Shown: positions 1 through 9,198 of the stretch, piece after piece
Position numbering within the stretch: the stretch's first letter is position 1
How the letters are laid out: each line of letters opens with the position of its first letter
Source of the DNA: Thermoplasmata archaeon
Lineage (GTDB): Archaea > Thermoplasmatota > Thermoplasmata > Thermoplasmatales > ARK-15
Length of the DNA stretch: 64,000 bases
NCBI GenBank assembly: GCA_039794005.1
Contig: JBAMMA010000006.1
Coordinates: 27,679-91,678 of the forward strand
Direction of reading: 5' to 3'
The notes under the pieces: model-generated
The model's database searches: none
Told to the model about the DNA's origin: nothing
The model's input: only the letters and a program-made list of their open reading frames with translations
Made by a program: the position numbers and the translations under genes

Positions 1-3000
1 CAAAAATGGTTTTAGAGAATATTTCTCCTTCACGTATGATACTGCGTTCTTCACATCATGGAGATGCATGTGATCCTTTGAAAATAGGTATAATCTTTTT
101 ACATTTATGAAGCCAAACATTTCATAAAACTTTTCAGCAAAAATCTTTATTGCGGTTTCACGATCTAAATCGGATTCAATGTATACTAGAGTATTCTTAG
201 GACCCTCGCACAAAACCGATTTTTCTATTAGATATTCTATGATCTTTGATGTCTTTTCCTTTCCCAGGATGGATTCATATTCAATGCTGTTCCTTTCGGG
301 CATAAAAGATTCTTTTATTATGTTGATGATTTTTCTGTCATCCTCCCCTATTTCAGGATTCTTAATAGATTGAAATATTCTTGCGTTTTCCTCGCTCACG
401 TATGTAATGATATCTGGAATGCCCCTCGTCTCGCACAATACCCTACTTCTCTTTAATCTTTCGGTTGATATGTATTGAACGCATTTGCTTGCAATTTCAA
501 TGTCGCTCCTTAAGCCCATGTTCTGTTTTTCAAGGTCCATGGGAAGCCTTTTCATGTTGTACCTATAATAACCCTGCTTAAATGCAGCATATGATAATAT
601 GTCGTAATAAGTTAATTCTCCAGTTATTACTTCATTTGATATTAAAAATTCATCCTTTTTCCTGTAATTTTCAATTTCAATGTTATCTTTATTCTTTATC
701 AAAATATAGCAATTGTCATAATATTTTGATAAAAATTCCATACTTTTCAAAAATTCTTCCCTTGAAACAAATTCATAATCCCTTATCACCAATATATCAT
801 ATTCATATTGTGAAAAAATTGCACCCTCAGGCTCATTTTCCTTTATATAATAATATGTGAATGTTTCAGGGAACTTCTGAATTATTTTGTTTTTTAAATA
901 TATAAATATTGGATCGTATGAATCAATGATAATGCTGTATTTTTCATCTGAAGATCCAATCTCTCCATAGAACCTTATTCCTGAAACATCTTTTATTTCA
1001 AATGATTTAATCAATTCTGAAACCTCTTTTGAATCTACTCCCAATAAATCACAAAGCTCTGATGAAGTCAATGGACCATACGTTTCTATTATCTTCTTGA
1101 AAATATTATCCTTTGGCCTTTCCTCTCCAACATAGATAAATCTGTCCGATGGCTCTATGAATTCATCTTCGTAAAATTCCCTTGATACTATCGCATTTTT
1201 TTCCAGAAGAGTTATATAATTCTTAACTACCTTCTGGTTTAAAGATAATATTGAGGATATTTTTTCAATGTCCACAGAATTGTTTGAGGATAATATGGAA
1301 ATTATATTTTTGATATTATCATCGTATTCAAATTCATAAATCCTGAAAAGGTGTGCGTATTCTTTTAGAATATAAATATACCTATTCCCCAGGAATTTCC
1401 CGTATATTATTTCATTTCTTTTCCTTAAATTCACCCATTCATCCATGCTGAAATTATTCACTCTTAACGATGCTTCAAAAGGAGTCCTGAAAAATATGTA
1501 ATATCTGAATGCCTCCTCTATAGAATTAAACTTTTTCAATGCTTTTGATATTCTATAATTGTTTATTTTATTTATATCAAAGTTGGCCGTTGGCCTTAGA
1601 TTCAGATAGTCTTGATATAGCATATATTGTATATCATAACCTGGAAGAAACTGCCCTGATATTACTATCTTATCATTTTCCATTTCTCTTAAAATATCTT
1701 TTGTTATTTCTTCCCTGGCATTGATGTAATATGATATCTCAGATAATGTTATGGGCCCATAATAACCCAGGATCTTTTCTATCAAAAATTTTCTTGATTC
1801 AATTATATCTGCCCTTTCAACGTTCCTTTTGTCATAATATATTTCACCGGCTTTTATATCTATTCTTTTAATTAAATACGCCTTTTCCAGATTTTTCAAT
1901 ATTTCAAAGACCTCATCCCTTTTAAGTCCAGACAATTTCCATATCTCCGTGGAAGAGTTTTTATTTATTGAATTCAATACCTTGAGAACCTTTTCATCTT
2001 GCACGATATCCCTTGAATATACTGCTGCATAATATTTAACATATTCTGGAATGGTGAACAAAACCTTTTCGGCATATATGGACTCAATTTCACCATTCCT
2101 CAATTTTTCTAAAGCGTATTCTCTCAGTTCATCATATGGGATATCCGAATGATCAAAGATGTTTATTCCCTTTTGCTGCAGTATATCTGCCGCCCCCACA
2201 TCCCTGAAAAATTCGAATATGTCTTCCTTATTTTTAATTTTAAATTTGGATGAAAAGTAGGAATTTATTTCTTCTGGATTGAATAAATATCCCTGATTTT
2301 CTCCAAGAACCTTTTTTAGTATGTTCATGTGTATTTCCCTAAACAATGCTGAGCGGTCCTCCATCAATACTATGTCTGATACACCGGCCAAAATTATTGA
2401 GTTTGCAAATACGGAGGGCCTCTCCGAATAATCCTTCAGTTTTATTTCAATCTCACCATTCTCAATCTTCTTCAAAATTTCCAATGCGTTTGGGACATCC
2501 ATGGTTATGTTGAATATTTCATTAAATGTTTCTTCTATAACAGGGAAATCTGGGATGTCAGATAAAATTTGAAGCATCTTATCGCTTTTCAGCTGCTGTT
2601 TTGTAACGGATATATCTTGTCCCTTATACTTTTTCAAAACCATGAAAGATCTTGCGGCACAATGCCTAAACCTTTGCTTAAAGAGTTCTGAATTAAAAAC
2701 GGCTGACCTTAAATCCCTTAGAAAAGAACTTGAATTTATTAAAGATAGAACGTCTTTCAGTGGAATTTTCTTTTGCACGGTTATCATGAATGCGTCATCT
2801 GTTACAGTTATTCTCGTTCCTACTGAATATTTGTTTGCAATTTTATAGGCATATGCCCTCGAAAGGGAATCGTTCACCCTCCTTCCATATGGGAAATGAA
2901 AAATTATGTTATACATGCCAGATGGGTCAACATAACCCTCAATCAGAAGTGATTTATCTGTTGGAACGTGGTCTATCATCTGCTCCTTTATGTATTTATA

Positions 3001-4860
3001 AATACTAATGGCAGAACCCCTGTCAAGAAAATATTCATCCATTAAATACGATACTACATCTTCATTTTTCAATATCATTTCCTTGATTTTGTTTCTAAAT
3101 TTTCCTACCTCAATGCTCAAGTCAAAGCTCCTTGGGAGCATTTCACCTACCCATGACGGTACCGTAGGCCTCCTACCCTCCGCCTTTTTTACATATACCT
3201 TTGTGCCTCTGGAATATAGATATTCATATGTCCTACCACCGAGAACAAAAATATCTCCCGGCCTTAGCTTCTCTACAAACTTTTCACTCAATTCACCGAT
3301 CCACTGATTGTTTTCATCGAATACGTGAAAATTTGCTTCATCCGGTATTGTGCCTAAATTCATAAAATAGATCATTCTTGTAGATTTCTTCTTCCCGAAT
3401 TTGCCGGATTCCTCATCATACCAAATCTTTGAATATATGATGTCGCCATAGGTTTTAGAGGATAGATAATTTATGACCTGCATGAATTTATCAAAAGAAA
3501 GATCAGAATAACAATAAGATCTCTTTATTAATCTATAAGCATCTTCAACTTTCCATGTATTTTCTAGACTCATTCCCACAATTACCTGTGCCAATACGTC
3601 AAGGGAATTTTTTGGAATGTTTACCCTGTCTATTTTTCCCTTGTAAGCTTCATGTGTCAATACTGCACATTCTATTAGATCGTCCATTTCTAGGGCTATC
3701 ATCCTGCCTTTTGATACGGACCCGTATGCATGACCTGACCTTCCTATTCGTTGTAATCCCTTTGCAATGCTTTTTGGAGAACCTATTTGTATAACCAAAT
3801 CAATATAACCAATGTCAATGCCCAACTCCAGGCTTGTCGATGATATAACGCATTTCAATTGACCGTTCTTCAGCATCTCCTCCACCTTGAACCTGGTATC
3901 TCTTCCCAATGAAGAATGGTGGGCCTCAAGACTCTCTATTCCCCTTTCTCTCAATTTATAGGCAACGTGTTCTGTACCGCTTCTTGTGTTTGTGAAAATC
4001 AATGTAGTTCTATGTGTCTTGATGAATTTTTCAATGACATCATACATTTTCTCGTTTATAATATCAAATGGTGTGTTGAATAGATCATTAACTGGCGTGA
4101 TAACCTTTAAATCGAGGGACTTTTTTGAATCCACTTCCAATATGTATACATCTCTAACCTCTCCATCATCATTGTAACCGGCTAACAATTTTGCCATCTC
4201 CTCAATAGGAGCTTGTGTTGCCGATAAACCTATTCTTACAAGATTTTTTGAATAATTTTGTAACCTTTCCAAATTTAATGAGAGCATTACACCCCTTTTC
4301 GATGATGATAATTCATGTATTTCGTCTACAATTACGTACTTTACGTTCATTAGTTTCTCCCTCATCTTTGTTGATGAGAGCATCAAACCAAAAGATTCTG
4401 GAGTGGTAATAATTATATGCGGTGGAAGTTTTGTCATCTTGCTTCTCTGGGATTGACTTGTATCACCAGACCTGACCATATGCCTTATTTTTGGTATCTT
4501 GATTCCTCTTGATTCCGCCAACTTTTCAATTTCCTCCAAGGGTTCCGTTAAATTTCTATGTATATCATTTGCCAATGCTTTTAGGGGGGATATATAAACA
4601 CAGAAAACCTTATCCTCAAGTTTATTTTCCTTTGCAAGCAAAAATAGTTCATTTATGATCGATAAAAATGCAGTTAGCGTTTTTCCAGAACCTGTAGGAG
4701 CCGAAACAAGAACATTTTTTCCAGAATGTATATATGGGATGGCATATTCTTGAGGTTCTGTCATCTTTTCAAACTTGGAATTAAACCACTCCCTTATTAT
4801 TGGATCAAAAAGCTCGAGAACCTTTTCTTTATCGGTCTTTTTTTCTATTCTGTATATCAT
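1..4860 (-). CDS. lhr: Lhr-type (large helicase-related) SF2 DNA/RNA helicase with long C-terminal extension; 3' end cut by window edge (>=1620 aa)
   Basis: Missing from the ORF track because the frame never closes inside the window. My own minus-strand translation from ATG 4860..4858 gives MIYRIEKKTDKEKVLELFDPIIREWFNSKFEKMTEPQEYAIPYIHSGKNVLVSAPTGSGKTLTAF (Q motif + Walker A). It continues with VIVDEIHELSSSKRGVMLSLNLERL (motif II) and LIFTNTRSGTE...HHSSLGRDTR...SSTSLELGIDIG...IGSPKSIAKGLQRIGRSGH (motifs IV-VI). The frame is open through nt 1 (4860 nt = 1620 codons). Confidence 0.85.
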   Translation of the reverse strand, partial: MIYRIEKKTDKEKVLELFDPIIREWFNSKFEKMTEPQEYAIPYIHSGKNVLVSAPTGSGKTLTAFLSIINELFLLAKENKLEDKVFCVYISPLKALANDIHRNLTEPLEEIEKLAESRGIKIPKIRHMVRSGDTSQSQRSKMTKLPPHIIITTPESFGLMLSSTKMREKLMNVKYVIVDEIHELSSSKRGVMLSLNLERLQNYSKNLVRIGLSATQAPIEEMAKLLAGYNDDGEVRDVYILEVDSKKSLDLKVITPVNDLFNTPFDIINEKMYDVIEKFIKTHRTTLIFTNTRSGTEHVAYKLRERGIESLEAHHSSLGRDTRFKVEEMLKNGQLKCVISSTSLELGIDIGYIDLVIQIGSPKSIAKGLQRIGRSGHAYGSVSKGRMIALEMDDLIECAVLTHEAYKGKIDRVNIPKNSLDVLAQVIVGMSLENTWKVEDAYRLIKRSYCYSDLSFDKFMQVINYLSSKTYGDIIYSKIWYDEESGKFGKKKSTRMIYFMNLGTIPDEANFHVFDENNQWIGELSEKFVEKLRPGDIFVLGGRTYEYLYSRGTKVYVKKAEGRRPTVPSWVGEMLPRSFDLSIEVGKFRNKIKEMILKNEDVVSYLMDEYFLDRGSAISIYKYIKEQMIDHVPTDKSLLIEGYVDPSGMYNIIFHFPYGRRVNDSLSRAYAYKIANKYSVGTRITVTDDAFMITVQKKIPLKDVLSLINSSSFLRDLRSAVFNSELFKQRFRHCAARSFMVLKKYKGQDISVTKQQLKSDKMLQILSDIPDFPVIEETFNEIFNITMDVPNALEILKKIENGEIEIKLKDYSERPSVFANSIILAGVSDIVLMEDRSALFREIHMNILKKVLGENQGYLFNPEEINSYFSSKFKIKNKEDIFEFFRDVGAADILQQKGINIFDHSDIPYDELREYALEKLRNGEIESIYAEKVLFTIPEYVKYYAAVYSRDIVQDEKVLKVLNSINKNSSTEIWKLSGLKRDEVFEILKNLEKAYLIKRIDIKAGEIYYDKRNVERADIIESRKFLIEKILGYYGPITLSEISYYINAREEITKDILREMENDKIVISGQFLPGYDIQYMLYQDYLNLRPTANFDINKINNYRISKALKKFNSIEEAFRYYIFFRTPFEASLRVNNFSMDEWVNLRKRNEIIYGKFLGNRYIYILKEYAHLFRIYEFEYDDNIKNIISILSSNNSVDIEKISSILSLNQKVVKNYITLLEKNAIVSREFYEDEFIEPSDRFIYVGEERPKDNIFKKIIETYGPLTSSELCDLLGVDSKEVSELIKSFEIKDVSGIRFYGEIGSSDEKYSIIIDSYDPIFIYLKNKIIQKFPETFTYYYIKENEPEGAIFSQYEYDILVIRDYEFVSREEFLKSMEFLSKYYDNCYILIKNKDNIEIENYRKKDEFLISNEVITGELTYYDILSYAAFKQGYYRYNMKRLPMDLEKQNMGLRSDIEIASKCVQYISTERLKRSRVLCETRGIPDIITYVSEENARIFQSIKNPEIGEDDRKIINIIKESFMPERNSIEYESILGKEKTSKIIEYLIEKSVLCEGPKNTLVYIESDLDRETAIKIFAEKFYEMFGFINVKRLYLFSKDHMHLHDVKNAVSYVKEKYSLKPFL

Positions 4861-4961
4861 ATTCAGGTACCTTTTCCCCTTATGGAATTGTTAATTATAA
4901 AAATGAAAGGTATATAAAAGTATCTCACAACATTTTTTTATTAAAAATAAGATATTCCCCT

Positions 4962-5477
4962 ATGGATCTTGCAAATATGATCATAGAGTCTGGTGCAATA
5001 ATGTTTGGTGATTTCACACTAACAAGTGGAAAAAAGAGTAACTATTACATCAATATCAAAAAGGCCATAACAAAACCTGAAATTTTAAAAGAGATCGCAA
5101 TTGAGATGTCTAAGAAAATTAAAGATGAATACATTGTGGGAATTGAATTGGGGAGTGTTCCTATCGCAGTTGCAGTTTCATTGGAAATTATGAGGGAATA
5201 TGTTATAGTTAGAAAGGAACAAAAATCACATGGAACAGGATCTTTGATTGAGGGAGAAATAAAGAAAAATTCCAAATATGTTGTTATAGAGGATGTAATA
5301 ACTACAGGTTCATCCGTATTGAGGGCCGTAAATGCAATAAGAGGTGAGGGAGGTATTGTTGAAAGAGTAATTTGCGTCGTTGACAGGGAAGAAGGGGGAG
5401 AAGAGAATCTGAAAAATTACAATGTAAAATTGGACCCTTTATTAAAGGTATCTGAAATATTGAAAAGAAAATTTTAA
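4962..5477 (+). CDS. pyrE: orotate phosphoribosyltransferase
   Basis: The internal ATG at 4962 of ORF 4800..5477 gives a 171-aa protein starting MDLANMIIESGAIMFGDFTLTSGKKSNYYINIK. It has the PRPP-binding loop VVIEDVITTGSSVLRAV. The 54 codons upstream overlap the Lhr start and look non-coding. Confidence 0.85.
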   Translation: MDLANMIIESGAIMFGDFTLTSGKKSNYYINIKKAITKPEILKEIAIEMSKKIKDEYIVGIELGSVPIAVAVSLEIMREYVIVRKEQKSHGTGSLIEGEIKKNSKYVVIEDVITTGSSVLRAVNAIRGEGGIVERVICVVDREEGGEENLKNYNVKLDPLLKVSEILKRKF

Positions 5478-5502
5478 ATAAAATCTTATAAATTTTTAAT
5501 CC

Positions 5503-7782
5503 ATGATTAAAAAAATATTGGCTATTTTTATAATTATTGTTTTGATCTTAACCATACCCATGAATTTTTCAAAGTCTTCCAATCCTTATTGTAATAAAGA
5601 AACGGTCACTTTTTACATTCAAAATTTAACAAATTCAGTAAATGTAAACAATGTTACCACCACATATACATTCAATACTTTAAAAGGTGTAAGGGGTACA
5701 ATTGATCATTCTGTTCATTATATAATTGAGGACTGGTATTTATATCCACTACTGGCTGGAAATTTCTATATTTTTAATGGAACCTTTTGGATATATATTA
5801 GATTTAATGGAACGGATAACAATCCAAATTTATATTTGACTTTATACGAAAGGTCTCCCTCCGGCCAGGAAACACAAATAGCAAGAGGGTCTTCTCATCC
5901 AATACTTGCAACCTCAATAGAATCTTATTCAGTAAGTTTTAACACCACAGGGGTTGAGATTCCCTCTGGATATTCTTTGCATATTCATTTTGAGCTAGCC
6001 GGTGGTACTTCAACAATTTATTGGGTATACTATGGTAATTCTACGTATGCATCTGGAATGAATATAATTACAAATACCTCAATGTATATAAGCTCCGTTG
6101 AAACTTTAAATTATTTAAATCAGCCAGTCAAAGGATTTAGTCCAAATTCAACAAACAAACAAATAACGTTTTTAGCATACATAAACGATCCTCTGGGGGG
6201 ATATGACATAAGAAATGTTTCATTAAACATAAACGGAATTTCTTATATAATGATTAAAATTTCTGGAACAGAGGATTCATATACAAATATATATGAATTG
6301 CAATTAAACTATACCGGCTGGCAAACGGGAAATTATACTTATACCGTCTATGCACTTGACTATTCGGGTTTTTATTATTACCAAAATTATTACAAATATT
6401 TATGCTATCTAAGGTCATACGAATCATATTTTTGGATCGGATTCCCATTAAAGATAGATATCACATTATACACATCATCAGGAATTCCAGTTTCAAATGC
6501 TTACGTTGGATTGCGGGTAAATAATACTGTATACGGAAATTACACTATAAATGGGAAAACCTTAATATATGCATATGCTGGCACATATAATATTTTCATT
6601 GTTTATGACAATTATACTCTGCCTCCTGTAATGAAGACAATAATGAATGGAAAGGTATATGGAAATGTAATTAGTATTTCAAATTCAACAAACATAACGA
6701 TATTTTCAGACATTGGAAATTCATCCATAGAAATTCTGACATCAAACGGAATTCCAATTTACAATGCCCTGGTTTACATTCAATATCCCAATGAAAAGAC
6801 TTTTATTTATCAAACTCCAAAAAATGGAACGTTAACATTTTATAACGTTGGTGGAGGAATTTATAAGGTTGTTGTGTATTATCAGGGAGTTGAAGTGTAC
6901 AATTCTACGGTGAATTTTGTATTTAATACAAGCAGTCCTTCTATTTTATTGAAAATATTTACGAAGGTATACAACGTAGAAATAATAGCTGGAAGCTATG
7001 CAGGAATAAACATTTCAAATGTTATGATTTTCATTAAGAATGTTTATGGATCTGAAAACATTAATACTACGAATTCTTCTGGAATTTCAACATTTGAATT
7101 ACCTTATGGAAATTATCAATATGAAATGGAATATATGAATACAATAGTTTCAGAAGGCAGTTTCAATGTAAGTAATAATGAATCTTTATATATTAAAACA
7201 GAAATATTCAAAGTGAATATAAAAATAGTGGATTCCCTTGGGAATACATTGAATTATTCTTACGTGGAACTAATTGGAAATGGTAACACATTAACCACAA
7301 TTTCAAATGGAACTTTATCATATATAATACCAATTGGAAATTATACAATAAATGTCTATTGGGATAACAAAGACGTGAATTCAACAAACATTTTTGTTTA
7401 TGGAAATGAGAATATAACTATAAATAGCAGGGTATATTATTTGACGGTAAATGTCTATGATTCAAATAACATTCCCCTGAATTCATCATTTGTCATAGTT
7501 GAGAATAATCAAACGGTTGTTGCATTCTCATACAAGCCAATAAACACATTTAAGCTACCTTACGGTAATTATAGGATTTACGTTATTTATAAAGATACTT
7601 ACTATTGGACAGATATAAATTTAATAAAGGAATACAACGTCACATTGAACAGTAATTATTTAATAAATGCAAAACTTCCATTCCCAATACCTTTTTATGA
7701 AACAGTTCTGTTCATTTTTGTTGTTATATTCTTAATTGCAATTGCACTGACTTTCATAATCACAAGAAAGATATTCAAATGA
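5503..7782 (+). CDS. secreted, C-terminally membrane-anchored surface glycoprotein candidate (possible S-layer or cell-surface protein)
   Basis: N-terminal hydrophobic signal/anchor (MIKKILAIFIIIVLILTIPM). C-terminal TM plus basic tail (VLFIFVVIFLIAIALTFIITRKIFK). Dozens of N-x-S/T sequons, Y/N/T/S-rich beta-type composition, and five tandem repeat modules. Confidence 0.55.
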   Translation: MIKKILAIFIIIVLILTIPMNFSKSSNPYCNKETVTFYIQNLTNSVNVNNVTTTYTFNTLKGVRGTIDHSVHYIIEDWYLYPLLAGNFYIFNGTFWIYIRFNGTDNNPNLYLTLYERSPSGQETQIARGSSHPILATSIESYSVSFNTTGVEIPSGYSLHIHFELAGGTSTIYWVYYGNSTYASGMNIITNTSMYISSVETLNYLNQPVKGFSPNSTNKQITFLAYINDPLGGYDIRNVSLNINGISYIMIKISGTEDSYTNIYELQLNYTGWQTGNYTYTVYALDYSGFYYYQNYYKYLCYLRSYESYFWIGFPLKIDITLYTSSGIPVSNAYVGLRVNNTVYGNYTINGKTLIYAYAGTYNIFIVYDNYTLPPVMKTIMNGKVYGNVISISNSTNITIFSDIGNSSIEILTSNGIPIYNALVYIQYPNEKTFIYQTPKNGTLTFYNVGGGIYKVVVYYQGVEVYNSTVNFVFNTSSPSILLKIFTKVYNVEIIAGSYAGINISNVMIFIKNVYGSENINTTNSSGISTFELPYGNYQYEMEYMNTIVSEGSFNVSNNESLYIKTEIFKVNIKIVDSLGNTLNYSYVELIGNGNTLTTISNGTLSYIIPIGNYTINVYWDNKDVNSTNIFVYGNENITINSRVYYLTVNVYDSNNIPLNSSFVIVENNQTVVAFSYKPINTFKLPYGNYRIYVIYKDTYYWTDINLIKEYNVTLNSNYLINAKLPFPIPFYETVLFIFVVIFLIAIALTFIITRKIFK
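6448..7599 (+). repeat. five tandem protein-level repeat modules (about 55 aa each, 80-90 aa period) inside the surface protein; CarboxypepD_reg/PEGA-like pattern
   Basis: Recurrent pattern at aa 316-370, 408-462, 489-546, 569-622 and 645-699. Each has ...(I/V)x(I/V)...G(I/N)P(I/L)xN(A/S)xV....G(T/L)..(F/Y)xLPxGNYxxxVxY. Examples are YGNYQYEMEY, IGNYTINVYW and YGNYRIYVIY. Confidence 0.5.
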
Positions 7783-7783
7783 T

Positions 7784-8344
7784 TTACCAGGGTACATCCT
7801 TTTTTCCAATTTTATATCCTATTATATTTACAAGTCTATGCAATACGATGGTAATGATGATCAAAAATATTATAGAATAAATATTCCAGATGTATTTTAA
7901 AAATAGAGTGCTATTGAAAATATAAAAAAATATTAAAGAGCATATTATAAAAGGATATTGATCCAGGAACAACGCCTCTGATCCGCTTGGGAAATTCATC
8001 CTCCTCTTTATAAACGATCCGCAAGAATCACCTAGCATAGAAGAAAAAGATAGAAAAAACACTATTATAATGGCATACAAAAATGAATTTGAAAATTCTG
8101 GAATGTACGGACTATTTACAAAAGTTGATATCGTTTCTTCAACAATTCCAAAAAATGTTCCTGATAATGTTCCCCCAATGAATCCTTTCCATGTTTTACC
8201 TTTCCCCAATATTCTCCTACCATCTATGAAATTTTTATTAAAATCCATTGGCAATTTCCCTTTGAATATGACAGCAGATGGATTTGCTATGTATGATGGT
8301 ATGAGTAGCCAAAATGTGCCCACTATAACTATAAGAATATTCAT
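7784..8344 (-). CDS. carS: CDP-archaeol synthase (CDP-2,3-bis-O-geranylgeranyl-sn-glycerol synthase)
   Basis: 186-aa polytopic membrane protein. Its N-terminal region LLIPSYIANPSAVIFKGKLPMDFNKNFIDGRRILGKGKTWKGFIGG matches my memory of the CarS/DUF46 signature (P.Y.AN..A..FGG..P.DFGK.F.DGRR.LG.GKTWRG). Confidence 0.8.
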   Translation of the reverse strand: MNILIVIVGTFWLLIPSYIANPSAVIFKGKLPMDFNKNFIDGRRILGKGKTWKGFIGGTLSGTFFGIVEETISTFVNSPYIPEFSNSFLYAIIIVFFLSFSSMLGDSCGSFIKRRMNFPSGSEALFLDQYPFIICSLIFFYIFNSTLFLKYIWNIYSIIFLIIITIVLHRLVNIIGYKIGKKDVPW

Positions 8345-9024
8345 TATATAATCAAATCCGATTCCAAAATTTTATTTAATATTTCAGCAGTACCATCCGA
8401 ATATAATTTTTCCGAATGGAACTTTGATCTGGACCTCAATTTTGGAACAGAATTGCCAATGGTTGCACCGTTTTCGGTAATCTCAAACATATCATAATCA
8501 TTTTCGCCATCTCCAAAAACCATTAATTCCGATGGTTGAACTTTAAAGAAATCCAGTGCATATTTCAAAGCATTCCCTTTATTCACATTTTTGACCAGTA
8601 CCATTATCCTGTCAATATTGCTAACGATGTCAATTTTATCCATATATGGTTCTAAAATCTTTGAACATTTCATGGATTCTTCTATCGGTATTGATATTAA
8701 TAGTTCACCTTTAATAAATGGAATGTGATTTTCTTTTAGCAGTTCCATTAATTCCTTTGCCAAATTTTCCTGCCATTTTTCGAATAATTTTATCCTTAAA
8801 TTTTTTGATGATATATATATGAAATATCCATTTTCATAGATTATGAAATCAACATTGGATTTCATATGCTCTATATGCATCCATCTTCTTCCAGTAACAA
8901 TCCCTATTATAGCGTTTTTCTGCTTTAACTCTTTTAATAGAGGAATTATTCTGTAGTCAAAGGTCAATGAAGAAGTTGTTAAAACTCTATCGTAGTCAAA
9001 AGCAAACATTTTTAATTTTGACAT
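8344..9024 (-). CDS. HAD-superfamily subfamily IIB (Cof-type) phosphatase
   Basis: Motif I FAFDYDRVLT (DxD), GIVTGR, and C-terminal motif FGDGENDYDMF. About 226 aa from ATG 9024. Its stop codon shares one nucleotide (8344) with the carS start (TAATG). Confidence 0.7.
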   Translation of the reverse strand: MSKLKMFAFDYDRVLTTSSLTFDYRIIPLLKELKQKNAIIGIVTGRRWMHIEHMKSNVDFIIYENGYFIYISSKNLRIKLFEKWQENLAKELMELLKENHIPFIKGELLISIPIEESMKCSKILEPYMDKIDIVSNIDRIMVLVKNVNKGNALKYALDFFKVQPSELMVFGDGENDYDMFEITENGATIGNSVPKLRSRSKFHSEKLYSDGTAEILNKILESDLII

Positions 9025-9124
9025 CAATTTTGATATTGTTTAATAGATAAAAAATTTTTTTCAGAAATTTGATTGAATTAAAAATAGAAAAAAATATATT
9101 TTTAATTAAAATAACCACATTATA

Positions 9125-9198
9125 GGGCCCGTGGTCTAGCTGGTTATGACGGTGCCCTTACACGGCGCAGGTCACCGGTTCGAATCCGGTCGGGCCCA
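9125..9198 (+). tRNA. tRNA-Val (anticodon UAC)
   Basis: Manual cloverleaf. Acceptor GGGCCCG/CGGGCCC. Anticodon stem GTGCC/GGCGC with loop CTTACAC. T arm ACCGG-TTCGAAT-CCGGT. Discriminator A. No encoded CCA and no intron. GC-rich stems in an AT-rich context. Confidence 0.93.

Noticed and set aside
1-4860. Possibility that the extreme length of the Lhr ORF is due to an intein or to two fused or adjacent genes.
   Set aside because: The helicase motifs I-VI are contiguous with normal spacing, so nothing interrupts a motif. No intein block-A Cys/Ser or terminal HN-C/S/T junction was seen. No in-frame stop exists anywhere in 4860 nt. The extra length is all C-terminal.
4800-4961. N-terminal 54-codon extension of the pyrE ORF.
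   Set aside because: It overlaps the Lhr start region on the opposite strand and has non-protein-like composition (FFLFCISYSGTF...). OPRTase homology begins at the Met at 4962.
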